Below, in pieces: positions 39,126 through 53,363 of a stretch of DNA of 64,000 nucleotides. Numbering within the stretch: position 1 is the first letter of the stretch; each line of letters opens with the position of its first letter. The notes under the pieces were generated by a model. The model worked only from the letters and a program-made list of their open reading frames with translations. It did no database searches and was not told the DNA's origin. The position numbers and the translations under genes were made by a program. Source of the stretch: Eledone cirrhosa (lineage: Eukaryota); NCBI GenBank assembly GCA_964016885.1, contig OZ024740.1, positions 124,248,001 through 124,312,000 of the forward strand, read 5' to 3'.

Positions 39126-41569
39126 TAGATCTGACTATATTTTTTCAATAATTTGGAAAAATAATTGAGAATTTGGATAGATATAGTCATAAATATCTTC
39201 TTCATTAAGTTGCCATTTGGAGTATAACTTAAATGTTCTTACATAAAATTATGATAAAAGATTTTTAGATAAATATAAATACTTTAAAATGAATAGTTTA
39301 GTATCATAGTACCAGGGGTGGTTTCAGGCTTTGGTATCAAATGTTTTACATCCCTGACATTTTACATATATGCTAATGATGAGATTATCTATAAACACTC
39401 AGGAATTCGTATGATTTATAAAGGGTAAGGTTAAGGATACGATTTATACTCATATGATTAAAGATTTTGTTGGGTCATGCAGAAATTGCCTTCTGACCAG
39501 CACATGTGCATTTTGAACCACAAATGGAGGTTCTGTGTGAAGATAAGCAATCATACTCATCTCCTTAAAATAAGTCTTGTTATTTATTTGGTTATAATAT
39601 TTAGAAAAATATTTACGTATTTCTGTGTTTAGTTCCTGCCAACTTACTACCTAGTGCCATTTCTATATAGTATATCAATTTTCTTTACAAAATAGGTGAA
39701 AAGTCACAAAAAATTGATTGTATCCAAAGGTCTCGTGAATAAAAAAGCACTCAAGGGAGATTCTATATTGTTGAATGACCTAGAAAAAAAAAGTAAAAAT
39801 AAAAAAAGGCAAATCACACATTGTCCTCAGAAATTATACATTGGTGAATATAATCTGGGGAACAAAATAACTGGGTCATTATGGCTTGGCTATCTTTGAT
39901 CATAGGCCAGCTCCATTATACTGACATTGGACTAAATAACAATACCTCACAAATATTATTCTTGATTGTCTCATCTCACATACAGACTGTTAAATATTTG
40001 TAGTCATGTGCAATAAGTGTTTTCAAATCATTCTTCTATACATAATTATAACATATGTTAAATTATAAAGTAATTAGCTATATGTGTGATTTAAATTGTT
40101 GAAATCAACCAAATTGCTTAGTTCTTAACCAAATGTTTTTTCTATCTTAATTATTGTCAAAACAAGGTTCAAAACATTTACAAATACTATCAGTTTCTTC
40201 TGGTAATAATGCCTCTTGAAGGAAAATGATATTCATATTTCTCTTATTCTTTATATGTTCTATTTTACATTTTGATTTTCTAACTTTAAATTTAAAAAGA
40301 AAGAGAAATTTAACCCTCACACCTACGACGCAAGTTTAGCTGGCATCCTACAAGATTGTATCTAATCGGTATCTTCGGGGATTTATTGATAGGGCTCTAA
40401 TACTATCTTGAAAAGCATTATGAAATGAAGTATCTTGCCTAAGAATGTGCACAGGCTGGTCTAGAAATCGAACCTGTGATTTTATGATAATTATGTCCCT
40501 TCTGAAATAAATATCTTTCCGAATTCTGGGTTTAATAAAATATGTAATGCTAAAATACTAGAGTTGATATATTTGACTCTATCCTTTCCAAGCAATTAAT
40601 ATTTCATTTGGTCTTTTCAGGTTTAGGGAAATATATGGAAAGAGATACTTCTCAAAAGATATAACTAGGCAAAGTATTTAGTATAGTGTAGAAAACCCAT
40701 CCAACTGGTGATAGTATGGAAGAGGTGTGGTAAAGAGATGTTGATGATGATGTTGATAATGATATTGGGGGGGGGGGGGGGTATGACAATGAGAGGCACA
40801 TGAGTAATGTATGTTTGAAGAGTTTTAATATCAGATACTGTTGTATGTTGCTATTGTTTAGCCATGAGTCAGCTCTGATTCAGCAGACCTCTGACCAAAG
40901 ATGTTTCAGATATTATCTCAACACTTTGTATATCTAGGAATGTATTGATAAATATATCCTTCTTCCATAGTCCTGTAGGTTTTGATTCTAAGGAGATTCT
41001 GCTGCAGTTTATAGAAGGTCAAGTGACCATGAAAATGCTTGAGAGGCTGATTTATTTATGAAGACTTAATGATGGTGATATCTTACTAATGAGGCATGTA
41101 GATAGTTTTCTTTTAAATGTCTTTTAAAATTTATTTCAATGTGTATTGTTGGTACATCCACCAGATATCTTTCTCATGTAAAGCATAAAGTTTAGTTCTT
41201 TCCTGCATTTTAAACCCATCTGAAATCATATGTAGTTGTATGAAGAAAAGCTATTTGTTTTAAAATATTCATATTTCAATTTAAACCTTCCATAATATTT
41301 TGTAGTAAAACATTTTTTCAAACACTAGCTTAACAATGTAAAAGTTATTTTATTGAGTTCATTTGTTTGGTATAAAACTAGAAGATTACTTGAAAGGTCA
41401 TATATTGATCTAAACAGCAGATCACTATAGTTATAAAATCTGAATGTATATAAAGTAGGCGTTTTGATAAAGCACATTTTGATATCAGAATATGGACTAA
41501 CAAAACCAAATAATACTTGAAATATGGTCGCTGTTCAGTAGTTCAAATCGTTTCTGTAGTAATAATAAT

Positions 41570-41830
41570 AAAGGCCAGCAATTTTGGGGGAGGAGAAAGT
41601 CAATTAAATCAACCCCAGTGCATGACTGATGCTTCATTTTATTGACCCTGTAAAAATGAAAGGCAAAGCTAACCTTGGCAGAATTTGAACTTGTAGGATT
41701 AATAATAATGGTTCCTAATTTAGACTCAAGGTGAACAATTTGGGGTGGGTAGTTAATTATGTAATTGCCAGTACTTAACTGAAAAGCAAAGTTGACAACA
41801 GCAGGATTTGAACTCAGAATGTAAAGAGCA
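41570..41830 (-). mobile_element. Two tandem diverged SINE family A fragments
   Basis: ttttattgaccctgtaaaaatgaaaggcaaag ... atttgaact, and a second ggatttgaactcagaa. Confidence 0.6.
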
Positions 41831-44046
41831 GCAACAAACACTGAATTGTATTTCATCATCCTTCTCATCATTATCATTTATGTTCTTTTTGACACTTTCA
41901 TGGGATGGATTAGGTCTTTTTAAAATAATTTTTTGCATGTTTTTCTGATTGTATACCCTTCCTACCACCAACCATATCACAATGTGGACTGAGTGCATTT
42001 TATCATGCCACCTATACTAAGGTATTTGTCTGATAGGATTTAATGTTTTGTCTATCCTGTATTAGATTTAATCAGAGTGACTGCTCTCTTAGACAGGTTG
42101 ATTTACCTATGATTTATGGAGCTCCCATCTACCATTTGTCTTATGAATAATAATAGCAATGGTTTCAATGTAGATCCAAGGCCAACAATTTGTAAGGAAA
42201 GTCAATTAAATTGACCTCAGTATTTAATTGGTACTTATAACATCAACTATTAAAGAACAAGGCAAAGTTTACCTCAGTAGGATTTGAACTCAAAATGTAA
42301 AAGGCTAGAAAAAACATTGCTTTGCATTAATCTGACGAATAATAATAATGATAATATTGTTGATAATTTAATTAGAAATAAAATCTGGCCCTTATTTTAT
42401 TTCCACAAGCTTAAGCAACACAAATAAAACTATTCCAGCATGTAAGAAAGATGGAACTGAAAATGTGGATTTTAAAAATCTGTAGTTCATAATATTTGCT
42501 GTTGTATACATCTGATATTTGAGTATTTCTCTACAGAGTGAATGGAATAATAAATCATGAAAGCTTGTAGTCTCTCATGGAACACCATGTTACAATCTAC
42601 TTTACAACACTGTATCAACATCTATTAATGAGCATTAATTATCAGTTGCTTTTCTCTGATATGAAACATTGATGTCAAAGATATCCACCCAGAATTGCAC
42701 AGCTATCTCAACAGTTGATGTCCTCTTCAGTGATTGTATGTTCTCTTCATAGTGATTGGATTATTCAGTTGTTAACTGTGGTCAAATAAGATCAATGTGA
42801 AATAACGAAGCTACAATATTCTCTATAGAATAAATAAATGTCTATATAAATATGTGATTATGTTTCAGATCTTCAAATAAGTGATTGATACACAGATATT
42901 TGAAAGAGTAGCCATTATCTTCTGAATCTCTGTCATTTTAGGCTTCATTCTCAAGATGAGGTGAGCTGGTTATGAATATAAACTTTTCAATGCTTGCTAA
43001 CAAAACAACTATAATTGTAAATTTGTCAGTCTGTTCGTATATGAGATTCTGCATATCTTCTGTAACCTCCAAATCTCTTTTACTCATCTGCTTAGTATTT
43101 AGATGATTAGGTCATGGACCTATTAATATTTTCTATATTATCTATCTCTTTTCGGAAACATACACATGCTTGTAGAAGCAAACACAGGCGATCATAAAAT
43201 TGTACATACAACCATTCGGATATAATTCTTATGTAACTTGAAATATTATATATATATTGTGACAGACAGATGGCAATTTTATGCACCATGCCACATGTCA
43301 TGCTTGAAGAAAATTGGTTCCAAATTTATTAGGAATAGAAATATGGATGCTTCCACAGGAGATCATTGTTATTCTTTTTATTTTTTAGATGCCATTTGAC
43401 GTATATATTTCAAATGCATATTGGTTTGGTTGGGAAACCAAAGTAACCCACTATTAATTTTGTAAGGTGGAAGGATGAGCTATAGATAATAATTGCAAAA
43501 TTTGTTGCCTTTTAACTTACATATTTCACTTCTTGTAAATTATAACTGAGCATTAGTTAAACAAATTATCATAATGCAGAGAAATGTTAAAGCTGCCTAA
43601 AAACATTTTGTTATCTCTATGTAATAAATTATAAACAGTTTATCTATCAAGCAGTAACTGCTTTCATCTTCTATATTCATGTGCTCACTAACATTCATCA
43701 TTCTAAGTACATGGACTTAGTTGTCCAACAACTGGAATCTTTAATGTCACTGTGCATTTTTTATTTTACTGAATAGATGTTGACAGTTGTTAGGTACAGT
43801 TGATTATTTCATAGAAAATATGCACATTTGATATAAATCCAAAATATAAGAATTGTCAATTATGATAATTTAAAAAAGCAACTCAAAAGAAATTTACAAT
43901 GTTGTTCAGGTTTAAATCAGAAATATTTTATAAAATGCAAACATAGAAAAGCAGTCATAAAATGTTGATGATAATGATGACGTATTAATCCTTGTTCTTT
44001 ATAAAATTTCCTCTGATTTAATTTACAAAATACTTTATTTAAGATA

Positions 44047-46020
44047 TAATAATAATAATAATGAAATTATTGTGTACAGTGCTCAGGTGCACTACAACTC
44101 ATCAAAGGTGCATGTAAAGCACATAGAATAGTGCACAAATGTCAGGCAAGTGAACAGTGCATGAGTCATGATATACATGTGTCCGTGTGTATGGAGGGAG
44201 GGTATCAAGTGTAGTGTTGGTGAATTTCAGGAAGCACTGAGGTTTTAATAGATATAATGGAGGCACATGGCTTAGTGGTTAGAGCATTGGCCTTGCAATA
44301 GAAAGGTTGTGAGTTCAATTCTCAAACCGGGTGGTGTGTTGTTTCCTTGAGCAAGACACTTTATTTCACATTGCTCCAGTTTACTCAGCTGTAGAAATGA
44401 GATGATAGAGACTGAGGTCCCTATCATTCCACTGTAAAGTGTTCGTGGAGGTGCCACGGCAAAAAAGCACCCAGCACTCACTGTAAATGAGGTTGGTGTT
44501 AGGAAGGGCATCCAGCTGTAGAAATCAAGCCAGAATCAGTTCCCGTCTCACCCTTGCAAGCAAGGAAAAGTGGATGTAAAATGGTGATGATGATGATGAT
44601 GATGAATGTCCTGGCAGCTAACAACTGATGCTGGTAGTTTGTTCCATACTTCAGCAACTCTGAGCATTAAAAAATGTTTCCGAAAGTCATGGGAGATGTG
44701 CTGTTTTCTGACCTTGTAGGTATGCCCATGTGTGTTAGACACACACAATTCAAAAAGGGGCTCAAGGTTGTTGTTGGCAAGATGGTTGATAATTTTGTGG
44801 GTGTTTACCATGCCAGTTGCGAGACATTGGAGCTTCCATGTAACCATGTCCAGGGAAGCAAGGTGTTCAAAGTATGGTAGATGCCTGATGGAGGGTATTC
44901 GGTTGGTTTCACGTCTCTGAACTGTTTCCAGGAGGTCAATGTTCAGAACAAGATAGGGGTTCCAGACTGGTGATGCAAATTCTAAGTGTGGCTGCACCAT
45001 ACCTATATACAGCTTTAAAAAGTCAGCTGGAGAGCAGCTGACAAAGGTCTTACTCAGTGATGCCAAGACACCCTCAGCCTTCTTGACAATTTTAGAGAAG
45101 TGCTTTGTCTAACGCAAATTGCTGCTGACAGTAATGCCCAGGTCACTTTCACAAGAAGACTTCTTGATATTAGTTTTGTGGTGGGAGCATGTAGATGCTG
45201 GGTTTTTACTGCCAAAATGCATGGTGGTACATTTGTCCTCAGCCAGCTTGAGTTGCCAGTCTGTGATCCATTGCTGCATTGTGTCCATGCCTGATTGCAG
45301 GAAAGGCCTATAGTGTTCAGGATCAGTCCTTTTTATCTCATGGTACAGCTTGATATCACCTGCATATTTTAGCACTGTGGAATTCTTTAAGTTGGCATCT
45401 GTATCATTAATATATGCATCATCCAAGAGGGGACCAAGAATAGATCCCTGCAGTACAGCAGATGAAATCTCATAGGGTGAAGAATGCTGTCCAAGAACCG
45501 TGACTACCTCTTCTTGACAGAGAATGAAGGACTTCAACCAGGTAAAAAGATCATCCTTGACACTCATTGCAGAGAGTTTGCCATAAGTCTTTTGTGTGGC
45601 ACAGAATTAAAAGCTTTAGCAAAGTCAAGGTAAACAACATCCACCCATGAGGTACCATCAGTGATCTGGGTGATGTCTTCAAGAAACCTGATAAGTTGAT
45701 CACAGTAGCTGGAGTTAGGGATAAATCCAAATTGTGAGGGCTGGATAAGACTGTGAGAATTCCAGAAGTTCCAGACTGTTTCTCTGACACAGGATTCAAT
45801 CAGTTTGGCAATGCAGTGAGTAAGACTGACTGGACGATAGTTGACAGGTGACTTGCTGTCACCCTTTATGAACAGAGGAATGACACTGGCAGTTTTCCAC
45901 TGTTCCGGAGTAGCACCATTTTAAGAAAGAATTGAAATAAGAGTGAAAGCTGGTGCAGAAGAAAGTACCCAGAAGTTAAGTAACACCATCAAGACCAGAA
46001 GAGGCATAGATGTGCTTATT
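44047..46020 (-). mobile_element. CR1/L2/Jockey-group LINE (decayed RT), interrupted by SINE B
   Basis: NYRPVSL, YLDFAKAF, VLQGSILGPLL, LKYAGD, KCTTMHFG, DLGI, LYIGMVQPHLEFASPVWNP, LETVQRR, RVAEVWNKLP motifs. (ATT)n tail at 44047-44061. Confidence 0.88.
44258..44605 (+). mobile_element. tRNA-derived SINE family B with an RTE-derived 3' tail
   Basis: TGGCTTAGTGG A-box, GAGTTCAATTC B-box, central tccttgagcaagacactt. From ~44430 it matches the RTE 3' UTR (2280-2420) and ends in (GAT)n. Confidence 0.88.
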
Positions 46021-47259
46021 CTTAAGGTGACATCGCAGCATTACAGGTGTAAATTCCATAGTTGTTATAGAATTTGATATCAGAGTGGTGGAGGTGGTAC
46101 ATTTTGATTTTCAACAGTAAAAATGCCTGTATAGTATTTGGCAATAAGTTCTGCACATTCTTTGGGATCATCAGTGTTCTGGCATGTGTAGGGATTGCAA
46201 AGAGGACCAACTGCTTTGAATGAACATATTTCCAGAAAATTTTATTGTCAGGGGTGGTTGTTACGTATGTTCAAATTTAAGCACTGCCTTTTTAGTCACC
46301 TGCTTGAGATGGTTGGATTATTTATTGCGCTTTTTTCTATTGATATCTGATTTATGAAGTTTGTATTCCCGTTTAATATTATGGCATTCTTTCCTGGCAA
46401 ATCAGAGCATTTAAGCACAACAATTTGTACCTTGATTTCAGTTTATGATGATGTGTATGGGATGGCAGGTTGTTCTGAATTAGTTTCCCACAGTTTTTTC
46501 ATTGCCAACCATTGAGGGTACAGTCCAACTAAAAGTATTGGTTGGCACCAAGAAGGGCATCCATCCATATAGAATTCTGTCTTAAAAAGTCTCATCCAGC
46601 TCATGTCAGCCAGCAAAATATGATTGTGAAACTGCTGATGATGATGATAATCAATCAGTTATATATTGTTTTATCTTGTTTAAGAAATAAATTGGTATTT
46701 CAGATGCATTCATTAACTATTCAGAATTGTTATTATTTCAAACAGAATAAAATAACTAAATTCACAGATTTTAATTTATTTATTTAATATATATCTTATT
46801 TTATAGAATTTTTATACGAGGGAAAATGTATTTGTTCTGCTAATAGATAACATAACTACAATTATCTTAGCTTAAAAGCAAAATTTGTTTTCCTTATTCT
46901 CTGGTTATTTAGTTGTAGTCATATTATTTTCCTTTAAATAATTGAAAATAAACATAATATACTATAAATATTGCAAAAGAAAATATTTTTCCTAAAAATT
47001 AGCTTTTAAATTTTAAGAGTTTTATTTATTCTTAGCTGTTTTATGATTCTCATTCAAATATCTACACACTAACAGAAAGTTAATAACAAAAATCAAAAGA
47101 AACATTTGTACATTCTTTAAATAACATAGACAAGATTACAAAATGCTGTCACATTTTAAATACATTCAACATCTTCCACATATGAAGGAAGATCAATGTA
47201 TACAAACATCCTAACACTAGTTTCATACATGTAGCACATGAAGGCATATGTGAATCTAA

Positions 47260-47445
47260 CAATTGTTTCTACTTTTCGCACATGGCAATCAATTATCTCA
47301 GTGCATTACTGGTGGTTCATATTATAGACCCTGTAAGGAAGGAAGGCAAAGGTAACCTCGGTGGGATCTGAAATCAGACCATAAATGGGTGTAATTCTAT
47401 GTTGCAAAGCATGGCATCAAACCCTCTACCAATACTGCCAATCCA
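47260..47445 (-). mobile_element. SINE family A copy
   Basis: Reverse complement of the family A consensus, diverged. Confidence 0.75.
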
Positions 47446-47560
47446 ACAGCCCTATTAATATACATAATTGTACACAACACACCAATGCACGGTATTTAAT
47501 ATATACATAGAAATGAAAACACTAATAATGATCAATATTTTACATGGTTACTTTGGTGAG

Positions 47561-47647
<87 letters not shown>

Positions 47648-47651
47648 TATA

Positions 47652-49234
47652 TATTTCGTTTCTGAATTTGTTTAGCGAGATACTTTATCTGAAAACGTGT
47701 GTTGGAGCCGATATTGTTATACTTTGGGAGGGTCATGTTGCCAATAAGAAACACACGCACCACTTGCTTTCACTCCGATTTATTATAAATTAAATTCATA
47801 AATTTAATAATTTATAAATTTCCGGTTGGTTGGTTCCATAACCGGACGGTTGTTCATATATTGTTAAAGTTCTTTCGTCACACATTCTGTGATCTCTTCA
47901 GTGACTGGGAATTATTTTCTTTGTTTTGTGCCTCTCCTTTGTTCTGTCCTACGCCACCTTGTGTTTTGTGTGTGTTGTGTGCTTAGTTTGCGCATATGTT
48001 ACATCTGGGTGTCTGTGTGTGTTTTTATTTGCTTATTTATTTGTTTATTTACATGTTACTAGTTAGTTGTTTGTTCTATGTGTGTGTGTGTTTTCATTTT
48101 GTCCTTAATTGTAAGTTGTGATGTTGCTATTCCATTCATGTTTTCTATTTAATTTTTGTTGGAGTTCATTTATGTTTATTGCCTCTGTGATTTGTCTAAA
48201 CATTGCGTCTTTTCTGTGTGTAGATTCTATTTTTATTTCTATGTTCTCTAATTTGTCCTTATGTTCTATTTTAGCATGTTGGTGGAGTATTGATGATTCT
48301 TTTTTATCTTGAAGTTCTCGCCAGTGTTCATTTAACCGTTCTCCTATGCTACGAGCTGTCTCACCTATGTACACTATATTCTTATCTTTACATTGTCCTT
48401 CAGTACATCTTATGCTATATACTACATTTCTAGTTTTACAGTTAATATGGGGGCTTAGTTTACAGATTATGCATTTCTTATCTATACAGGGAAGTCTTTG
48501 AAAAGGGTATGTATTGCTAATATGTGTTTTTTTTGGAGGTACCTGGTCTTTCTACTATCTTAATATTAAGTTTATGTTTATCTAGGGCCCTTCTAAATTT
48601 ATAGGCTAATTCATCTCTAGGAGTTGTATTGATGAACATTACACTCTGGTATTTATTGATATCATACCATGAGTTTATTGTATTAACCTCATTCGTAGTT
48701 CTTTCTATTCTATTCCAAAATTTGCTCCTCTACAAGGGGCAGGTCCCATTTGTATCATTATTTACCATTTTTTCCCATTTGGTTCTGGCTCCTCTATAGC
48801 TTACAAATTGAAAACGCACACACACATAGAACAAACAACTAACTAGTAATATTTAAATAAACAAATAAAAACACACACAAACACCCGGATGTAACACAGG
48901 TGCAAACTAAGCACACAACACACACAAAAACAAGATGGCGTAGACAGAACAAAGGAGAGGCACAAAACAAAGAAAATAATTCCCAGTCACTGAAGAGGTC
49001 ACAGAATGTGTGACGAAAGAACTTTGACAATATATGAACAACCGTCCGGTTATGGAACCAACCAACCAACCGGAAATTTATAAATTCTTAAATTTATAAA
49101 TTTAATTTATAATAAATTGGAGTGAAAGCAACTGGTGCGTGTGTTTCTTATTGGCAACATGACCCTCCCAAATATCGGTTTCAAAACACGTTTTCAGATA
49201 AAGAATCTTGCTAAACAAATTCAAAAACGAAATA
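47652..49234 (-). mobile_element. Penelope-like element 3' portion (GIY-YIG) with an inverted pseudo-LTR, inserted in (TA)n
   Basis: Minus-strand coding remnant 48800->48105: CIDKKCIIC...NCKTRNVVYSIRC...YIGETARSIGERLNEH...RQITEAI...LNRKHEW. Inverted arms 47652-48097 / 48808-49234. Confidence 0.9.
48986..49028 (+). ncRNA. Minimal type-I hammerhead ribozyme motif (mirror copy at 47863-47905, - strand)
   Basis: GTCA-CTGAAGA-G-gtcaca(gaatg)tgtgac-GAAA-gaac-TT-TGAC. Confidence 0.75.
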
Positions 49235-49249
49235 TATATATATATATAT

Positions 49250-49604
49250 CATCATCATCATTTTATCATTTCATTTTACGTCCGCTTTTTCCCTGCTTGC
49301 AAGGGTGGGACGGGAAGTGATACTGGTTTGATTTCTACAGCTGGATGCCCTTCCTAACACCAACCTCATTTACAGTGAGTGCTGGGTGCTTTTTTGCCGT
49401 GGCACCTCCACGACCACTTTGCAGTGGAATGATAGGGACCCCAGTCCCAGTCCCTATTTTCTCATTTCTACAGCTGAGTAAACTGGAGCAATGTGAAATA
49501 AAGTGTCTTGCTCAAGGAAACAACACATCACCTGGTCTGAGAATTGAACTCACAACCTTTTGATTGCAAGGCCAATGCTCTAACCACTAAGCCATGTGCC
49601 TCCA
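49250..49604 (-). mobile_element. SINE family B copy
   Basis: Reverse complement of 44258-44605. Confidence 0.88.
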
Positions 49605-49934
49605 TATATATATATACGAGGTGTGTCACAAAAGATTTTATTTCAAACCCAAACTTCACACTAAGAGTTTTCTCCTTCAAAGTACTCCTCTCTCTGATGT
49701 AATCTAAGCATTATATTGAAATATCTGATAATTTCTATAATTTCTACATGGTCCCATCAGTCTCCTATTTGTTCATCCATCCCTCCACCATCCTATATTG
49801 CCAAACATTACCCCTAAAGCTACTTAACATTGGCATACACCACTCTTCTCCATTCCACACAATCTTTCTGCTCCCTTCTCCCATTTCCAACTCTCTTCTT
49901 TTACCCCTTTTAATAATGGTTTCTGCTATAGGCA

Positions 49935-50380
49935 CATCATCACCTTCACTGTTTTAAGGCCATTTTTCCATGCTAGCATAGGTTAGATGAGTTGTCCTGT
50001 TGTGGACAATGCCAGGTCAGGTGACCATGTCTTGCTCATACAGAACTGATTTTGACCTGGTTTCCACAGCTGGATGTTCTTCCTAACGCCAACCTGATTT
50101 ACAGTGAGTACTGAGTGCTTCTGTCATAACACATACACAACCACTTTACAGAGTGGACTGGGTACTTCTTGTCATGAAACCTACATGACCACTTTATGAT
50201 GGGAGGGAGGCATACAATATATATGCTTCAGCTTCGGCCTGTGGGAAGTTGGGTCTTCCGTATTGCACATGGCTAGCAATTTGGGTGAGGGGAATGTCGA
50301 TTAAATCAATTCCAGAGCATGACTGGTTCTTTATTTTATTGACCCCGTAAGGATGAAAGGCAAAGCTATCCTTGGCAAGA
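49935..50380 (-). mobile_element. Diverged RTE 3' end (49935-50260) adjacent to a SINE A fragment (50270-50380)
   Basis: Similarity to 25465-25790 and to the family A central domain. Confidence 0.7.
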
Positions 50381-52174
50381 ATGCCTCTCATTTTTATCTC
50401 CTGTCTTTCTCCTCATATCTTCAACCTTCTTTCACTGATTCATTTTCTACTCTCCAAACACACTTGTGCTGGCACTACAATAAAATATAATACAATCTGT
50501 TTGCAACCAAACTAAGACAATGTAGGCAAGAGATAGACCCTTTAGCTCTGTTGAAAGAAAATTCTCCAATGTTCATGCTACTATAACAAAGAACCAGTAC
50601 ACTCTGTAAAATGGTTAGCATTAGAGCGAGCTGTAGAAACCATAACTAAAATGGAACACATCAGTAAGACAACATTCTCAAACCCATTCACAAATCAAGA
50701 CAAACTGTCCAACCCATGCATGCATGGAAAGTGAAGATAACATGATGACAATGAACACACAGACACACACTTATATACTATATTGATTATATATATACTC
50801 ACATATAGATAGATATATAGTTATGTATATGATGAGGTTGATGATAATATATATATATATCTGTGTGTGTATGTGTGTGTGTGTGAGTGTGCATGCACAC
50901 ACGCATGCACATATCTATTATCTGTGAATATATGTATCTTCCGCAAATGAAAACACAATGCAAAGAAGCTTGCTTTCAAGTGTGTGAGATATGACTTATA
51001 TGTAGATTTTTCACACTAATTTCTGATTACAATGCAAAGCACATTTGATTTGGTGAAAAACCATCAATCACACATTCCTTCGATCCTGAACAGTGGCACC
51101 AGCTCATTGAATTTATAGCATCAAATAGGCTGAGACCCATTCAACAACTAGTTTCTCTTTCTTGCTATTACAGTTTGCAATGAACGTGCTGAGAATCAAA
51201 GAACAATTCTTATAATCTCTGTAAGAAAAATCACAGATCCTGTAAAAATAAAAATGTAACAAATGCAAAACTGCAAGAATTAAACTACCCCCAACATTTT
51301 TTTCTTTTTCTAAGGTCAGTCAATAGTAATTAAATTCATACTATTTGGTTTAGCTTTCTTTTACACCAAAATAATCAGGTTGGATTTAATTATATTGGGG
51401 GATATAGTAGTAGTAGGTTCTACTAAGTTTTTTGAATGTATTTAATGTTTATTTTTGCCAATTTTATGTCCATACTTAGCATTAACAATGCTGTCCTTAA
51501 ACATATATTTCTACATTTTTATTCTTATAATTACTATTTATATATGTATGTATTGATGATTCAATTCAGACAGAGATTAACAGAAATATTTAATGCTTAT
51601 GTCAGTTATATATTGATATATATGCTAACAAAATTCAATTCAAAAGTTTTTAATTTTACATATCTCCAAGGACAGTCATTTAATTTCAAACGAGGAGATT
51701 TATGCAATGACATGTTTAAAATCGTTTATACCAAACTCTCATTGAACAACTGAATATGACAGTAAGGAAGAACTTTTCCTCCATTAGCAGATATGTGGAA
51801 TGTCCAGGAACAAGAGACTTGACTCTCAGTGGCTTACTTTTATTATTTGTAAATAGGTGCCTTGTAACCAATAGAATTGTATAATGGATGATTATTTTGT
51901 TTGTTTTAAATATAAATAAGCGGATAAACAGACAGACAGACAGAGAGACAGACAGACATGCACACACTGATACACACACACTGACACACACACACACACA
52001 TGCACGCTAGACATGTGTTTTCCATTCTCGCATGGGTTGGAGAAGTAAGCATAGTGGGACTCAGTCATTATTTAGAGTTGCTACCCCACTAGAGATGTTA
52101 GAGAGCCTCATCTTGGTCGTATACTCCATGTTTTGGCATGGTTTCAATGGTTGGATCCCTTTCAAGTAAATAAT

Positions 52175-52356
52175 TGTTTCTTCTATTGGCACAAGGTCAG
52201 CAATTGTCTGTGCATTACTGGTACTTTATTTTATCAATCCTGTAAGGATGAAAGGCAAAGTTAATCTCGGTGGGATTTGAACTCAGACCATAAAGGGCTG
52301 TAACTCTATGCTACAAAGCATGGTGTCCAGCCCTCTACCAATATTGCCAATCCATC
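52175..52356 (-). mobile_element. Full-length SINE family A with an 18-bp TSD
   Basis: ccctttcaagtaaataat at 52157-52174 and 52357-52374 flanks the SINE. Confidence 0.9.
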
Positions 52357-53224
52357 CCCTTTCAAGTAAATAATATCTCTTAATATCTATTGCTATTTAC
52401 TGCTAAAAAAATAAAACAAAAAACCAGTTTTAAATATTGTTGTATGGTCTGGTGTGAGGGATGCAGTAAGTTTCTTTTCTATCATTTCATATTCAGCCTT
52501 TATTAGGTCTTAATATTCTATCAGTTAGACAATGGAATGATGAAGGCATCATCATTGTTGGGCTACAAAGTGTACTGAGGGAATTTTAGCATGGTATCAG
52601 TATAAGAGCAGTTGTCACGCCTTCAACATGATTAAATAGTCCTCGCTACTTTGCACTCGGTCTGTTCAATAACCAGCACATTTACAAAGTATACTGGGTA
52701 CATAATGCTTAAGATCTAAATGCAAATTATATTGGTGAGACAGTTAGGACAGAAAAAGACAGGTATATAGTTTGTGATCAGTAATGAAAATGGTGTAATG
52801 TGCAGGTGATCAGTATTCACTTTTCAGTTTCTCATTCAAGTATAATAGTAGAGGGAGGGACTTTGACTGCTTACCCTCATTTCTAACCTCAACCTCATTG
52901 ACCTTAATATATTCCTAGTTCTCAGAAGCCATTTCCATCACTGTTAATATCACATGTTAGAGTCTGATTTTGTTTCATATGTGTTAGATTGATACTTATA
53001 TATGCGTTATATAATCTGTGTTTGAGTGCTATATTTTGAAGACTATAACATCAAAACTAAAACCATTTTAGCCACAGAACTTTGAACTAGTAATATAATA
53101 TACAAATTTCAATGTAAACATAACGTTTGTAAAATTCATAACTGAGCCATTTACATCAGACACACAAATACGTTTTCAGCAGTTAACCATATATTTAAAA
53201 CAAGGAGCCATGTGGTTTGGCAGC

Positions 53225-53363
53225 AAAGAATTACGGCCCTTTATGATCTGAGTTCAAATCCCGCCGGGGTTAACTTTGCCTTTCATCCTTACGGGGTCGA
53301 TAAAATAAAGTACCAGTAATACACTGGATAATTGCCGGCCTTGTGCCAAAAGTAGAAATAATT
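53225..53363 (+). mobile_element. SINE family A copy (5'-truncated)
   Basis: gagttcaaatcccgccggggttaactttgcctttcatccttacggggtcgataaaataaagtaccag. Confidence 0.85.

Noticed and set aside
42930-42966. Possible 19-nt microexon (ttttag|...|gtgag)
   Set aside because: A lone splice-like match with no partner exons or homology evidence.
44258-44330. tRNA gene candidates in SINE heads (also 8100, 13113, 49530)
   Set aside because: A/B boxes are present but no complete cloverleaf, and they continue into repeat bodies.
50990-51255. Strong minus-strand splice-acceptor-like site (tttttatttttacag) followed by unique sequence
   Set aside because: All three frames hit stops quickly and there is no clear donor or recognisable protein. 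It cannot be supported without RNA data.
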